Positions 1 through 9,885 are shown, counted from the first letter of the stretch. The stretch is 55,340 bases of DNA from Meiothermus sp. (GCA_033762915.1 JANRLD010000038.1:1-55340), one strand, 5' to 3'. Notes: a model not told the origin generated them from the letters alone. Program-made: numbers and translations.

Positions 1-74
1 CGGTACTTCGCGGGAAACACCAAGTGGTATAGCAGCACGCTGACGTTGTGGCTCTTTCGGACACTGCGGCTCAC
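1..74 (-). mobile_element. tnpA: IS200/IS605-family Y1 transposase, 5' end only (runs off the window)
   Basis: Manual translation from GTG at 74 gives MSRSVRKSHNVSVLLYHLVFPAKYR, the characteristic IS200 TnpA N-terminus (SHNVSxLxYHxVxxxKYR). Not in the ORF track. Confidence 0.85.
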
Positions 75-98
75 CGCATCAGCTTATACACAGATGAA

Positions 99-138
99 CG
101 CCGCAAGCGGCGGGGAATCGGACCCACCAAAGGAATTG
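99..138 (-). mobile_element. Putative IS200/IS605 left end with subterminal hairpin
   Basis: Perfect hairpin CGCCGC-AA-GCGGCG at 99-112 just upstream of tnpA, as expected for Y1 IS ends; exact boundary uncertain. Confidence 0.55.
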
Positions 139-241
139 AAGACGAAGTCAAAACGGCGACGATCGGCTTTTTAATCGGTCCCGCTGCACGAGAAAAGCGA
201 ACGTGTTATTGAAGACTCCTCCAGAAAAAGTGTCAAAAAGA

Positions 242-273
242 GAGTAAGGGGCGCTATTCAGCGCCCCTTACTC
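242..273 (-). terminator. Intrinsic terminator downstream of pilC
   Basis: 14-bp perfect stem GAGTAAGGGGCGCT-ATTC-AGCGCCCCTTACTC, followed on the minus strand by TCTTTTT. Confidence 0.75.
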
Positions 274-364
274 ATCAAACTCTTAGGACAGATCACCTGT
301 ATCGTCGGGACAAGTGTGGGACAGATTACCTGGACTATGGACAGATACCCCCATACCTCGACAC

Positions 365-1585
365 TTACTGTTGCGACAGACGGCCGATGATGCTGAACAG
401 CGGCAGGAACATGCCCGCCACGATCACCCCGACTACCAGGCCCAGGAAGATGATCATCAGCGGTTCGATGGCGGCGGTGAGGGCGGAGACGGCCTCGTCC
501 ACTTCACGCTCGTAGAAGTCGGCAATCTTCTGGAGCATGGTGTCCAGCGCACCCGTCTCCTCGCCAATGGCGATCATCGAGCCGACCATCGGGGGGAAGA
601 CGGCGGGGTGGGCTTGGAGGGTGTTGGAGACCGGCTCGCCGGCCTGGATGGCGATTTTGGTCTGCTCGAGGATGTCCTCGACGATGGCGTTGGAGGCGGT
701 GCCCTTGGTGATGTCGAGGGACTCCACGATGTTCACGCCGCTGCTGATGAGCAGGCCGAAGGTGCGAGAGAAACGGGCCAGGGCGCTCTTCTTGATCAGG
801 TTGCCCAGCACCGGGGCCTTGAGCCACACCCCGTCCAAGACCCGCCGCCCCCGCTCGGTACGGTAGTAGGAGCGATAGGCGAAGAACAGCCCCACCACGA
901 TGGCGACCAGGAAAAGGGTGCCGCTGCGCAGGAAGTCCGAGACCGCCATAAGGAAGCGGGTCAGCACCGGCAGCTCACCGCCGATGCTGGTTAGAATCTG
1001 GCCGAACTGCGGCACGATGCCGGTCAGCAGGAAGTAGGTCACCCCGATGGCGAACACGAAGACGATGGCGGGGTAGGTGAGGGCCGACTTGACCTTGCCC
1101 TGGAGGGCCAGTTGCTCTTCCAAAAAGGTCGCCAGACGGTCGAGGATGCCGTCCAAGGTGCCCGAGGTCTCCCCGGCACGCACCAGGTTAAGGTAGAGGC
1201 GATTGAAGAGCTTGTGCTTTTGCAGGGCCTCGCTGAAGGTGGACCCGCTCTCGACCTCGGTGCGGATCTCCTTAAGCATGGTCTTGAACTTGACCTTCTC
1301 GGTCTGGCGCTCGAGGATCGCCAGGGCCTGCACGATGGGCAGACCGGCGTTAAGCATGGTGGCGAGCTGACGGCTGAAGATGGCCAGATCCTTCAGGCCT
1401 GGGGCGGGGTCGAGGGCCGGAATCTTAATGTCGGCGGATAGGCCGCGTCCGGGCTCCTTAATCTCGGCGATGTAGAGACCCTTCTCGCGCAGGTTGCGCA
1501 CGGCGGTTCGCATGTCGTCGGCCTCGACGATGGCCTGAATCAGACGGCCCTGGCGATCCCTGGCCTTGTATTGAAAGGTCGGCAT
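365..1585 (-). CDS. pilC: Type IV pilus assembly platform protein PilC (T2SS F family)
   Basis: MPTFQYKARD start, FSRQLATMLNAGLP, GETSGTLD, IGEETGALD and AIEPLMI motifs; start moved to ATG 1585. Confidence 0.95.
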   Translation of the reverse strand: MPTFQYKARDRQGRLIQAIVEADDMRTAVRNLREKGLYIAEIKEPGRGLSADIKIPALDPAPGLKDLAIFSRQLATMLNAGLPIVQALAILERQTEKVKFKTMLKEIRTEVESGSTFSEALQKHKLFNRLYLNLVRAGETSGTLDGILDRLATFLEEQLALQGKVKSALTYPAIVFVFAIGVTYFLLTGIVPQFGQILTSIGGELPVLTRFLMAVSDFLRSGTLFLVAIVVGLFFAYRSYYRTERGRRVLDGVWLKAPVLGNLIKKSALARFSRTFGLLISSGVNIVESLDITKGTASNAIVEDILEQTKIAIQAGEPVSNTLQAHPAVFPPMVGSMIAIGEETGALDTMLQKIADFYEREVDEAVSALTAAIEPLMIIFLGLVVGVIVAGMFLPLFSIIGRLSQQ

Positions 1586-1651
1586 ACTGGCCCTAGTATA
1601 GCCAAGGGGCGGCCGAATCCCGGTGAATTCCGGCCCAACGAGCGTTAACTC

Positions 1652-2179
1652 ATGAACGACACGCAAACCCTAAAGGCCCAGATCATGGCCGTGCTGTTTG
1701 CATCGGGGCGCCCGATGGGGCTTTCCGACCTCGAGGCACTGGGCAGCGAGGAAGCCCTCACACGGGCGGTGGTGGCCCTGGAGCGCGACCTCGAGGCCGG
1801 CAACTCCGGTGTGCAGCTCGAGCGGGTGGCGGGGGGCTGGCGGCTGGTGGTGCACCCGCTGCACCTGACCGCCGTCGAGCAGGTGCTCCGGCCCACGCCC
1901 CCCCGGCTCTCCAAGGCGGCCCTCGAGGTGCTGGCCCTGGTGGCCTACCAACCCAACCTGACCCGGGCCGAACTCGAGGCGCTGCGCGGAAAGAGCGTGG
2001 AGGGGGTCTTGGACGGGCTCTTAGAGCGTGGGCTGGTGCGCATCACGGGCGAGAAGGACAGCGTGGGCCACCCCAAGCTGTTCGCCACCACCGAGCGCTT
2101 CCTGGAGCTGTTCGGGCTGGAGAGCCTGGAAGACCTGCCCCCCATCGGTGAGGGGCCGGTGTTGTTGCTGCGCAGCTGA
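1652..2179 (+). CDS. scpB: SMC-Scp complex subunit ScpB
   Basis: LSKAALEVLALVAYQP, TRAELEALRG, GHPKLFATTERFLELFGLESLEDLP. Confidence 0.93.
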   Translation: MNDTQTLKAQIMAVLFASGRPMGLSDLEALGSEEALTRAVVALERDLEAGNSGVQLERVAGGWRLVVHPLHLTAVEQVLRPTPPRLSKAALEVLALVAYQPNLTRAELEALRGKSVEGVLDGLLERGLVRITGEKDSVGHPKLFATTERFLELFGLESLEDLPPIGEGPVLLLRS

Positions 2180-2208
2180 TTCTGGTAAGGTATACGCTTG
2201 GTGATTTC

Positions 2209-2934
2209 GTGCGGGTAGACCTGACCCCCAGCCCCCCTTACCCCCAGCCCGCCCTGGTGGTGGAGGTGTTTCACGGCAGCCTGGTGGGGCTGCTGCTCTC
2301 CCACGGGGCGGCCGAGGTCTGGGTCAGCCGCAGCGCCCGCGCCGCCCTGCTGCAAGCCGCCGAGGGCGGGCTGCTGTTTGGCGAGCAGGAGGGACTGCCG
2401 CCGGAGGGCTTTCACTACGGGACCTCGCTCAAGCACCTCGAAAGCCTCGAGGTGGGGGGCCGGGCTTGTGTGGTTCTGGCCCCGACGCTGGCCAAGACCC
2501 TCGCGGGCCTGCCCGAAGGCAGCCTGCTGGCCCACTTCCGCAACGCCCGGGCCGCGGTCCAGCGGGCCGTCCGGGCAGGGCTCGAGACGGTGGTGGCCGC
2601 CGCCGAGACTCCCCAGCCCGACCTGGGCAACAGTGTGGCAGCGGGCTTCCTGGCCCGGCGGTTGGCCCAGGCGCGGGGCCAGGGGGCCAGTGAGGTGCCG
2701 GGCCTGGCCCCGGCCCTCCTGAGGTCCTACCCCGACCCCCAGGAAGCGCTGTTCCAGTCCGAGTGGGGCCAGCGGCTCTACCGCACCAGCCGCACCGAGG
2801 AAATTGCCCTGGCCAGCGTCTTAAGCGTGGAGGAAACCGTCCCGGTGCTGCAGGATCGCGTGGTCTACGAAGCCGCGCAGCATGGACTCTCCAAAGACCG
2901 TACCGTATACTGCTTTCGAGCCGAAAAGCCATGA
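2209..2934 (+). CDS. 2-phosphosulfolactate phosphatase (ComB)-like protein, divergent
   Basis: LFGEQEGLPPEGFHYGTS and FRNARA resemble ComB motifs; the catalytic DVLR/TTNGT motifs look degenerate. Confidence 0.65.
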   Translation: MRVDLTPSPPYPQPALVVEVFHGSLVGLLLSHGAAEVWVSRSARAALLQAAEGGLLFGEQEGLPPEGFHYGTSLKHLESLEVGGRACVVLAPTLAKTLAGLPEGSLLAHFRNARAAVQRAVRAGLETVVAAAETPQPDLGNSVAAGFLARRLAQARGQGASEVPGLAPALLRSYPDPQEALFQSEWGQRLYRTSRTEEIALASVLSVEETVPVLQDRVVYEAAQHGLSKDRTVYCFRAEKP

Positions 2935-3680
2935 GTCGAGCGCACATTCTGGGGCTGCCCGTTGACCTGATCAATCTGAGCCAGACGGTGGAGTGGATCG
3001 AAGCGCGGGTCAACGCCCCCTTCGCCCAGACCCACCAGGTCATCACCATCAACCCCGAGATCATCGTGCGCAGTGAGGAAAACCCCGACGAGCGCCGGGC
3101 CATCCTCGAGGCCGAGCTGGTGGTGGCCGACGGGGTGGGGGTGGTGTGGGCGGTGGGGCAACTGACCGAGCACCGGCTCGAAGACCGGGTGGCGGGCTCC
3201 GACCTGCTGCCTGCGCTGTTCGCCCACTTCGGGCCGCGCCTCAGGGTCTTCTTCCTGGGCTCCAAACCCGGCATCGCCGAGCTGGCCGCCCAGAACGTAC
3301 ACGCCAAGTACGGCGTGGGCATTGCCGGCGTCCACGACGGGTACTTCAAAGACGAGCAGCCGGTGCTCGAGGCTGTCCGCCGGGCCAAGCCCGACCTGCT
3401 CCTGGTGGGGATGGGGGAGCGCCAGGACGCCTTTATCTACCGCCACAAGCACGAGCTGGGCGCGAAGGTCGCCATTGGGGTGGGGGGGATGCTGGACGTG
3501 CTGTCCGGCGAGATAAAGCGGGTTCCGGTCTGGGCCCAGAGGCTCAAGATCGAGTGGCTGGTGCGGGTCGGCCTCGACCGCAAACGCTGGGGCCGGGTGC
3601 CGCGCCTGTGGAAGTTCGTGCAGATGGTGCAGGCAGCGAAGCGGGCGGGAGGCCGGAGCCCGGACGCGGGGGGCCGGTAA
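2931..3680 (+). CDS. WecB/TagA/CpsF family glycosyltransferase
   Basis: TINPE, VADGVGVVW, RVAGSDL, HDGYF, GVGG..DVLSG..KR.P.W...EWL.R; ATG at 2931 overlaps the upstream stop. Confidence 0.92.
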   Translation: MSRAHILGLPVDLINLSQTVEWIEARVNAPFAQTHQVITINPEIIVRSEENPDERRAILEAELVVADGVGVVWAVGQLTEHRLEDRVAGSDLLPALFAHFGPRLRVFFLGSKPGIAELAAQNVHAKYGVGIAGVHDGYFKDEQPVLEAVRRAKPDLLLVGMGERQDAFIYRHKHELGAKVAIGVGGMLDVLSGEIKRVPVWAQRLKIEWLVRVGLDRKRWGRVPRLWKFVQMVQAAKRAGGRSPDAGGR

Positions 3681-3701
3681 GGCAGCGAAGGGCGGCAGGA
3701 G

Positions 3702-3725
3702 AAAACCCCCTCGAGCCGAGGGGGT
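3702..3725. terminator. Hairpin terminator between convergent genes
   Basis: ACCCCCTCG-AGC-CGAGGGGGT preceded by an A-run (U-tract on the minus strand). Confidence 0.55.
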
Positions 3726-3855
3726 ACTGGAGGTTTTGGCGGCTTCTCTGCCTTTCAGCTCCAGTGTGCACGGGCCGGGGCTGTCTGAAGCTGCGGGGCG
3801 CGGGGGTTTGTCGGCCTTGGGAGGCCGTGTTCCCCCGCGCCGCACGCGCTCGCCT

Positions 3856-4869
3856 CTATTGCTGCACCGGCTGCCCGTTCAGGGTGGTGGTCAGGCTCCC
3901 GCAGCCGCTGAACTCGAGCCGCAGCACCGACTTGCTGCCATCGGCGGCGGTAAACTCGTAGACCTTGGCCCCAGCGTCGAAGTTGAGCAGGCGCTCGGGA
4001 CGGGAGCGGCCCGGCAGGTTCACCTCGCAGGCGGCGCGGTTCCAGTGGAGGGTGGGGTCGGTGTACCAGTTGAGGGTGCGGGTGTTGCCGCCCCGAACCC
4101 AGACCGCCGACCCTGGGGCGTCCTTCTTGACCTCGATGGTGCCCGCGCTCCAGGGCTTGCCCGCGTCCAGGGCGCTCTGGTCGGGTGTGAAGGTGCGGCT
4201 CACGTCCCAGGTCAGAGAGCCGGTGTTGGTCTCCGAGCCTCTGGTGATCTTCACGGCGTGGGTGTACTTTTTCACGATTGCGTAGACGTTGGTCTGGCGG
4301 TCGAGGCTGTAGGTGCCCTCGAGGGTGCGCTCGACGGTCCGCCCGCCTGCCGTCTGCACCGTGCGGAAGGCGCCGAAGGTCACGCCGAAGCCGCTCTGGG
4401 CCTGGGCGTCGTTGGTGTCCTGGAGGGCGACCGAGCCCTTGGTGCTGAAGGTGCCCCCGGCCGGGTTGGCGGCGGTGCAGTCGAAGGTGACGGTGGCGTT
4501 GACCGGCACCCCGTCGTCGTCGGCGTCGGTCTGGTCGCCGCTTTTGCTGATGGTGCAGGTGGCGCCGGACGCGGCGGGGATGTAGTGGCCCAGCCCGCGC
4601 AGGATGAGGGTCACCCGGCGGGGCAGCCGCCAGGCCTCGGCGTTGGCCTCGAGGGTTCCCACCGCCAGGCTCTGGGCACTCATGGCCGCCGCGCCGCCGT
4701 CGGAGAGCATGGCCCCCACCAGGCTCAAGTCGCTTTGCCCCACGTCGCTCATGGCCTGGGCCTCGGCCTGGCGGGCGGCAGCGGTGTCGGCCCCGCCCGT
4801 CGGCACCCCCCCACACGCTGCCAACAGCCCCACCAACGCCAAGCCGCCGAGTTTGATTGCCGTGTTCAT
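3856..4869 (-). CDS. Hypothetical beta-rich lipoprotein
   Basis: Lipobox LLAA-C, strong AGGAGG RBS, Thr/Gly-rich beta-strand pattern, D-A-D-D-D-G loop. Confidence 0.8.
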   Translation of the reverse strand: MNTAIKLGGLALVGLLAACGGVPTGGADTAAARQAEAQAMSDVGQSDLSLVGAMLSDGGAAAMSAQSLAVGTLEANAEAWRLPRRVTLILRGLGHYIPAASGATCTISKSGDQTDADDDGVPVNATVTFDCTAANPAGGTFSTKGSVALQDTNDAQAQSGFGVTFGAFRTVQTAGGRTVERTLEGTYSLDRQTNVYAIVKKYTHAVKITRGSETNTGSLTWDVSRTFTPDQSALDAGKPWSAGTIEVKKDAPGSAVWVRGGNTRTLNWYTDPTLHWNRAACEVNLPGRSRPERLLNFDAGAKVYEFTAADGSKSVLRLEFSGCGSLTTTLNGQPVQQ

Positions 4870-5125
4870 GGTCCTACCTCCTTGTTTCTGGAATCAAGGA
4901 TGCCCCCACTACCTGAACGCAAAAACCCCCCAATCTGAAGCCAAGCTGAACAGAAGGTGGGGGCGGCTGAGAGCGACCCAGAGCGGCGAGACGCGGGCGG
5001 GAGGGCGAGAAACCGCAGACCACACGGCATCGAGCTCCATTTCTTGCCGCCCCAGTGCCCCCGCCGCCCGAATGTAAGCCTGTTGCATCCTCGAGCCGCC
5101 GGGGTACCATGTAAACTGAAGTACT

Positions 5126-5764
5126 ATGGCATCTGAATCTCGAAGCCGTAAAAAAGAGAAAAAGGCGGCCTCCTACTCGTCCAAGCGCAAAAGCTCTCCC
5201 CTGCCTGGGATCATTGCCGGGGCGGTGGCGGTGCTGGCCCTGGGGGTCGGGGGCTTTTTCTGGTGGCAGGGCAACCAGGCCGCAGGCAACTTCGATGCGC
5301 TGATGGCCGAGGGCAAGCGTCCCGACGCCAGCGGCAAGCCGGCCTTCGAGGCGGCCACCAAGACCAACCCCGACGCCGGGCGCGGGCACACCGCCCTCGG
5401 TAGCGCCATCAGCTATGCCACCGACCCCCCCACCTCCGGCGTACACTGGCCCAACTGGGTCGAGCCCGGCGTCTACACCGATCCCCAGCGCAACGAGCGG
5501 CTGGTGCACACCCTCGAGCACGGCAACATCGTGGTCTATTACGACACCCCCGACCCCGCCGTGCTTAACCAGCTCAAGGCCTGGGCGGGCCGCTTCCGGG
5601 GCCAGTGGGACGGCATGGTCCTGACCTTCAAGCCCGGCCTGGGCAGCACAATCGAGCTGACCGCCTGGGACAAGGTGATGCGCCTCGAGACCTGGCAACC
5701 AGCCCTGGCCGCCGCCTTCATCGACCAGTTCCGCGGACGCGGGCCGGAAAACCCCGTGCGGTAA
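5126..5764 (+). CDS. DUF3105 family membrane-anchored protein
   Basis: N-terminal TM helix; H..Y...PPTSGVH, LVHTLEHG.IVVYY, LTAWD and GPE motifs. Confidence 0.85.
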   Translation: MASESRSRKKEKKAASYSSKRKSSPLPGIIAGAVAVLALGVGGFFWWQGNQAAGNFDALMAEGKRPDASGKPAFEAATKTNPDAGRGHTALGSAISYATDPPTSGVHWPNWVEPGVYTDPQRNERLVHTLEHGNIVVYYDTPDPAVLNQLKAWAGRFRGQWDGMVLTFKPGLGSTIELTAWDKVMRLETWQPALAAAFIDQFRGRGPENPVR

Positions 5765-5796
5765 ACGGCGAGAGGAAGGAAGGGGAAAGGAAAAAC

Positions 5797-6777
5797 CTAG
5801 CCCTCAGTTTCTCTACTCTCCCCTTCTCCCTCGGCCCCAAACCCATACCGCCTCAGCCGCGCCCGCAACTCGTCGTCCATCGGAGCCCTGGCCCCGAAGC
5901 GCCCAATCACCCAGCCCGCCACCTGCACCGCGAGGTTTCCGGCCGCGATGGGGTCGCGAGAGCGTAGGTAGTGGCCCAGGAAGGCCCCCCCGAAAGAGTC
6001 GCCCGCGCCGGTGGCATCTACGGGAGTGTCCTTAGTGGCCTCGAGTTCGACCACCCGGCCCCGGTCGAGGATTAGGGCGCCGTCGGCGGCCATCTTGAGC
6101 AGGATCATGGCCCCAGGGTAGAGGGCCTGGAGGGCCTCGAGCACCTCGAGGGGCTTCTTGGCCCCCGTCAGGGCCTGGCCCTCGTCGAAGTTGGGGAACA
6201 CGAAGTCCAGCGAGAGGCCCTGGGTCATCCGGCGAAACTCCTCGCGCCCGATCTCGCGGATCATCTGGAAAGAGCCGGGGTCGAAGGAGGTGGTGATGCC
6301 CGCGTCCTTGGCCAGCTCGGCGGCCCACAGCGCGGCCCGGCGGGGCGGGTCGGTGAAGAGCGACCAGGCAGTGAGGTGGACGTGCCCGGCGCCCTGGATC
6401 ACCCCGACCGGCAGGTCCTCGGGCCGCAGGTCGAAGTCGGCCCCCTGCGAGCTGACCATCGCCCGCTGGCCCGCCGCGTCGATCAGGACCAGGATCACCC
6501 CGGTGGGGTTCTGGTCGTTCCAGACGATGTGCGGGGTGACGCCCTCAGCCCCCAAGTCTTGCACCGCGAACTCCCCGAAGCGGTCGCGCCCCACCTCACC
6601 CACGAAGGCCGTAGGGTAGCCGACCCTCGCGGCCCACACCGCCACGTTGGCGCTGCTGCCCCCCGGCATCAGCAGCACCCGGCCGGTGGTATCCCCCCCC
6701 GGCAGCAGCAGGGTGTTGGGCTTGGTAAGCACGTCCCAGGTCAGATCGCCGATAGCCACAAACGGTTTGATCGCCAT
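5797..6777 (-). CDS. PfkB family carbohydrate kinase
   Basis: GGSSANVA, VGRDRFG, PNFDE, DATGAGDSFGGAF; TATAAT 9 nt before ATG 6777. Confidence 0.93.
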   Translation of the reverse strand: MAIKPFVAIGDLTWDVLTKPNTLLLPGGDTTGRVLLMPGGSSANVAVWAARVGYPTAFVGEVGRDRFGEFAVQDLGAEGVTPHIVWNDQNPTGVILVLIDAAGQRAMVSSQGADFDLRPEDLPVGVIQGAGHVHLTAWSLFTDPPRRAALWAAELAKDAGITTSFDPGSFQMIREIGREEFRRMTQGLSLDFVFPNFDEGQALTGAKKPLEVLEALQALYPGAMILLKMAADGALILDRGRVVELEATKDTPVDATGAGDSFGGAFLGHYLRSRDPIAAGNLAVQVAGWVIGRFGARAPMDDELRARLRRYGFGAEGEGESRETEG

Positions 6778-6787
6778 GCTCCGGGCA

Positions 6788-9052
6788 TTATAGCCGCGCC
6801 ATCGCCCGCCAGACATCTTCCGGGCGAATCGGCAGCTCGGTCATCCGCACCCCTACTGCGGCGCGGATGGCGTTGGCGACAGCGGCGGCCCCGGCGGTGA
6901 TGGGCGGCTCTCCGACGATCCTGGCGCCAAAGGGGCCGTGCTCGCTGGGGTTCTCCAGCAGCAGCGTCTGAATCGGCGGCACGTCGACGGCACGGGGCAG
7001 AGCGTACTCGAGGAAGTTCGGGCTCAGGTGGCCGCCCTCGGGGTCGAAGCGCAGGGCCTCGAACAGCCCGATGCCCAGGCCCTGCACGCTGCCGCCGTGC
7101 ATCTGGCCCTCCACCAGGGTGGGGTTGAGGGCGAAGCCTACGTCCTGGGCGTTCACGTAATCCAGCAGCGTCACCTGGCCGCTGTCGGGGTCTACACGCA
7201 ACCTCACCAGGTGGGCGGTGAAGCCCGGCGCGCCGGCCTTGAGCGCGGCCCGGCCCTCGGCCTGCACCGGTCCCGGCCCGCCTGGCCTGCGCTGGGCCAT
7301 AGTGGCGAGCTCGCCTAGGCTCACCGCCTTCTCGGGCACGCCCTTGACCCGCACGTAGCCGTCCTCGAGCTCGAGGTCGTCGGGGTGAACCTCGAAGTGG
7401 TCCCCGGCCAGCTTGAGGAGCTGAACCCGCACCCCCTCGGAGGCCTCGAGCACCGCCCCGGAGACGCTGATGGTGACCTGCGAGCCGCCGCTGGCGGGGG
7501 CGTGCGGGCCGGTGTCGGTGGTGCCCTGCACCAGCTCGACCTGCTCGGGGCGGATGCCCAGGGTCTCGGCGGTGATGAGGACGAGGCTGGAGTGAACCCC
7601 CGAGATGTCCACGCTACCCACGTGCAGCCGCGCGGTGCCGTCGGGTTCGACCCGGCAAAGCGCCCCAGCGGGCGAGAAGGCTCCCGGCCAGCCCCCGATG
7701 GCCAGCCCCACGCCCTCATTCGGCGCGGCGTTGCGGTTCTGCCAAACCGGGTGGGCCCGTACGGCCTCGAGGCACTGCTTGAGCCCGATCTTCGGCCACG
7801 GCACGCCGACGCCGTTGAGGTCGCCCGCCTCGACGGCGTTTTGCAGGCGGAACTCGAGTTCGTCCATGCCCAGCCGGCGGGCCATCTCGTCGATGTTGCT
7901 CTCGAGGGCAAACAGCACGTGCGGCACGCCGGGGGCGCGGTAGGCCCCGCCGCCGGGCTTATGGGTGTAAACCTCGGTGATGGTGGTCTCGAGGTTGGCG
8001 CACCTGTACATCCCCCCCAGCGCCATCGCGAAAATACCTGCGAAGCCGAAGGGGAAGGCCCCACTCTCCAGCACCACCTCGGCCTGGATCGCCACGATGT
8101 TGCCCGCCGCGTCCGCGCCGGTCTTGATCCGAATCTGGTTGCCGGGGCCGGGCATGGTGGTCTGGAAGTCCTCGCTGCGCGTGAGCACCATCCGCACCGG
8201 TCGGCCCACCTTGAGCGCCACTGCCGCTACCAGCGGGTCGAGGATGCCGTACTTGGCCCCGAAGGCCCCGCCCACCGTCATCGGCACCACATGGACGCTG
8301 CGCGGGGGCAGCCCCAGCGCCTTGGCGACCTCGCCACGCACCGCGTACTGACCCTGGGTGCTGGTGTGAAGGGTCACACCGCCGCGCCCGTCGGGCTCGG
8401 CCACCACTGCGTGGGGCTCGAGGTAGGTCTGGTGAACCCAGGCGCTGCGGTAGGTTTGCTCGTACACCATGGCGGCCCCGGCGAAGCCCGCCGCCACGTC
8501 GCCCCGTTGCCAGGTGCGCCGGTTGATGACGTTGCTGCCGCCCTGGCCTGAGCCGCCCTCGTCCGAGCCGCCATGCAGGCTGGCCATGTCGGAGCCGGCC
8601 CCCAGGCCGGCCGGCCAGACCAACGGGGCGTCGGCCTCGAGGGCCTTCAGCGGGTCGGTGGCGCCCTCCAAGGGCTCGTAATCAATTTCTAACAGCGCCG
8701 CTGCGTCACTGGCCGCGGCCTCGGTGCGGGCCACCACCACCGCCACCGGCTGCCCCGCAAAGACTGTGTGGCCCCTGGCCAGCAGCGCGCCGGGCCGCCC
8801 TGCGGGCTGGGCAAATTGCAGATCTTCACCGCTCAGCACCGCCACCACGCCGGGGACTTTGAGGGCGGCAGTCTTGTCCATACCCCGGATGCGGGCGTGG
8901 GCATAGACCGAGAGCAGCGGGCGGGCGTGGAGCATCCCGGATGGCCCTACGTCGGCGGCGTAGCGGGCACGGCCGGTGACCTTCTCGAGGCCGTCGATCA
9001 GCTTGCGGCCCTTGCCCAGCACCTTACGATCCGGTTTTTTGTCGTGCATCAT
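6788..9052 (-). CDS. Xanthine dehydrogenase family molybdopterin-binding (large) subunit
   Basis: KVTGRARYAAD, HQTYLEP, GGAFGAK, AYRAPG, VEGQMHG, GARIVGE. Confidence 0.92.
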   Translation of the reverse strand: MMHDKKPDRKVLGKGRKLIDGLEKVTGRARYAADVGPSGMLHARPLLSVYAHARIRGMDKTAALKVPGVVAVLSGEDLQFAQPAGRPGALLARGHTVFAGQPVAVVVARTEAAASDAAALLEIDYEPLEGATDPLKALEADAPLVWPAGLGAGSDMASLHGGSDEGGSGQGGSNVINRRTWQRGDVAAGFAGAAMVYEQTYRSAWVHQTYLEPHAVVAEPDGRGGVTLHTSTQGQYAVRGEVAKALGLPPRSVHVVPMTVGGAFGAKYGILDPLVAAVALKVGRPVRMVLTRSEDFQTTMPGPGNQIRIKTGADAAGNIVAIQAEVVLESGAFPFGFAGIFAMALGGMYRCANLETTITEVYTHKPGGGAYRAPGVPHVLFALESNIDEMARRLGMDELEFRLQNAVEAGDLNGVGVPWPKIGLKQCLEAVRAHPVWQNRNAAPNEGVGLAIGGWPGAFSPAGALCRVEPDGTARLHVGSVDISGVHSSLVLITAETLGIRPEQVELVQGTTDTGPHAPASGGSQVTISVSGAVLEASEGVRVQLLKLAGDHFEVHPDDLELEDGYVRVKGVPEKAVSLGELATMAQRRPGGPGPVQAEGRAALKAGAPGFTAHLVRLRVDPDSGQVTLLDYVNAQDVGFALNPTLVEGQMHGGSVQGLGIGLFEALRFDPEGGHLSPNFLEYALPRAVDVPPIQTLLLENPSEHGPFGARIVGEPPITAGAAAVANAIRAAVGVRMTELPIRPEDVWRAMARL

Positions 9053-9241
9053 GGAAAACCTCGTGGAAGAAGAACTGAGCATCCATAGGGATAGTTTCGG
9101 GTAGCGGACTAAAAAACCTCGCATGCACAGTCAACAGGCGCTCGCGGGGTATGGACCGCAACAGTATATTCCCCACCACGCACCAATCTGTGACCCCCCA
9201 CCCCGCTAGCGCCGTCGGTACTCAAGGCGCACAATTAGGCC

Positions 9242-9619
9242 GTGCAAGTGCTCGAGACCTGCCTCTACACCCCCGACCTCGCTGCCGCCAAGCGGTTCTA
9301 CGGCGGACTGCTGGGCTTGGAGTTGTTCGCCGAGCAGCCTGGCCGCCACCTGTTCTTCCGGGCCGGAGCGGGCGTATTTTTGGTCTTCAACCCCGCCGCG
9401 ACCGAGCAGGACCAGAACCTGCCGCCGCACGGGGCCAGGGGCAGCGTCCACGTGTGCTTCCGGGTGGGCGAGGGAGAGCTCGAGGCAATCGCAGAGAGGC
9501 TCGAGGCCGGCGGCCACACGGTCACTTGGGCCGAGTGGAAGGCGGGCCGGAGCCTCTACGTCTATGACCCCACGGGCAACTTGGTGGAGTTCGCACCGGC
9601 TCGGATTTGGGGACTGTAG
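9242..9619 (+). CDS. VOC/glyoxalase family protein
   Basis: LETCLYTPDL..AKRFY, HVCF, SLYVYDPTGNLVEF. Confidence 0.9.
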   Translation: MQVLETCLYTPDLAAAKRFYGGLLGLELFAEQPGRHLFFRAGAGVFLVFNPAATEQDQNLPPHGARGSVHVCFRVGEGELEAIAERLEAGGHTVTWAEWKAGRSLYVYDPTGNLVEFAPARIWGL

Positions 9620-9885
9620 TCCCCCACGCCCAGCCGGGTCATAGCTTTCTGCTTCGCCCCGCTTCCCCACCGGGCGAGATAGGGAAAAGTCTTCCTGCTG
9701 CTCTGTGATTTTTTTTGGCAAAACGGCTCGAGATGTCCGAGTTACCCTCCAAGTCGCCAGGGTAGCAGCACGCAATCAGCGGAAGCGGTAGATGCATACC
9801 TGCCATATCCGCAAAGCGGCTACCCGGGGCCTAATTCCCTGCGGGAGTTGGCGGGCGGCACGTCGCAGTTCAACTATTGAGACAC

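Noticed and set aside
286..346. CRISPR array (also considered for the dispersed repeats)
   Set aside because: The repeats are too short and irregularly spaced, and there are no cas genes in the window.
9620..9885. Possible ncRNA or further repeat copy between the VOC gene and rarA
   Set aside because: Similarity to the repeat family is too weak and I recognise no RNA family; no tRNA or rRNA was seen in the window.
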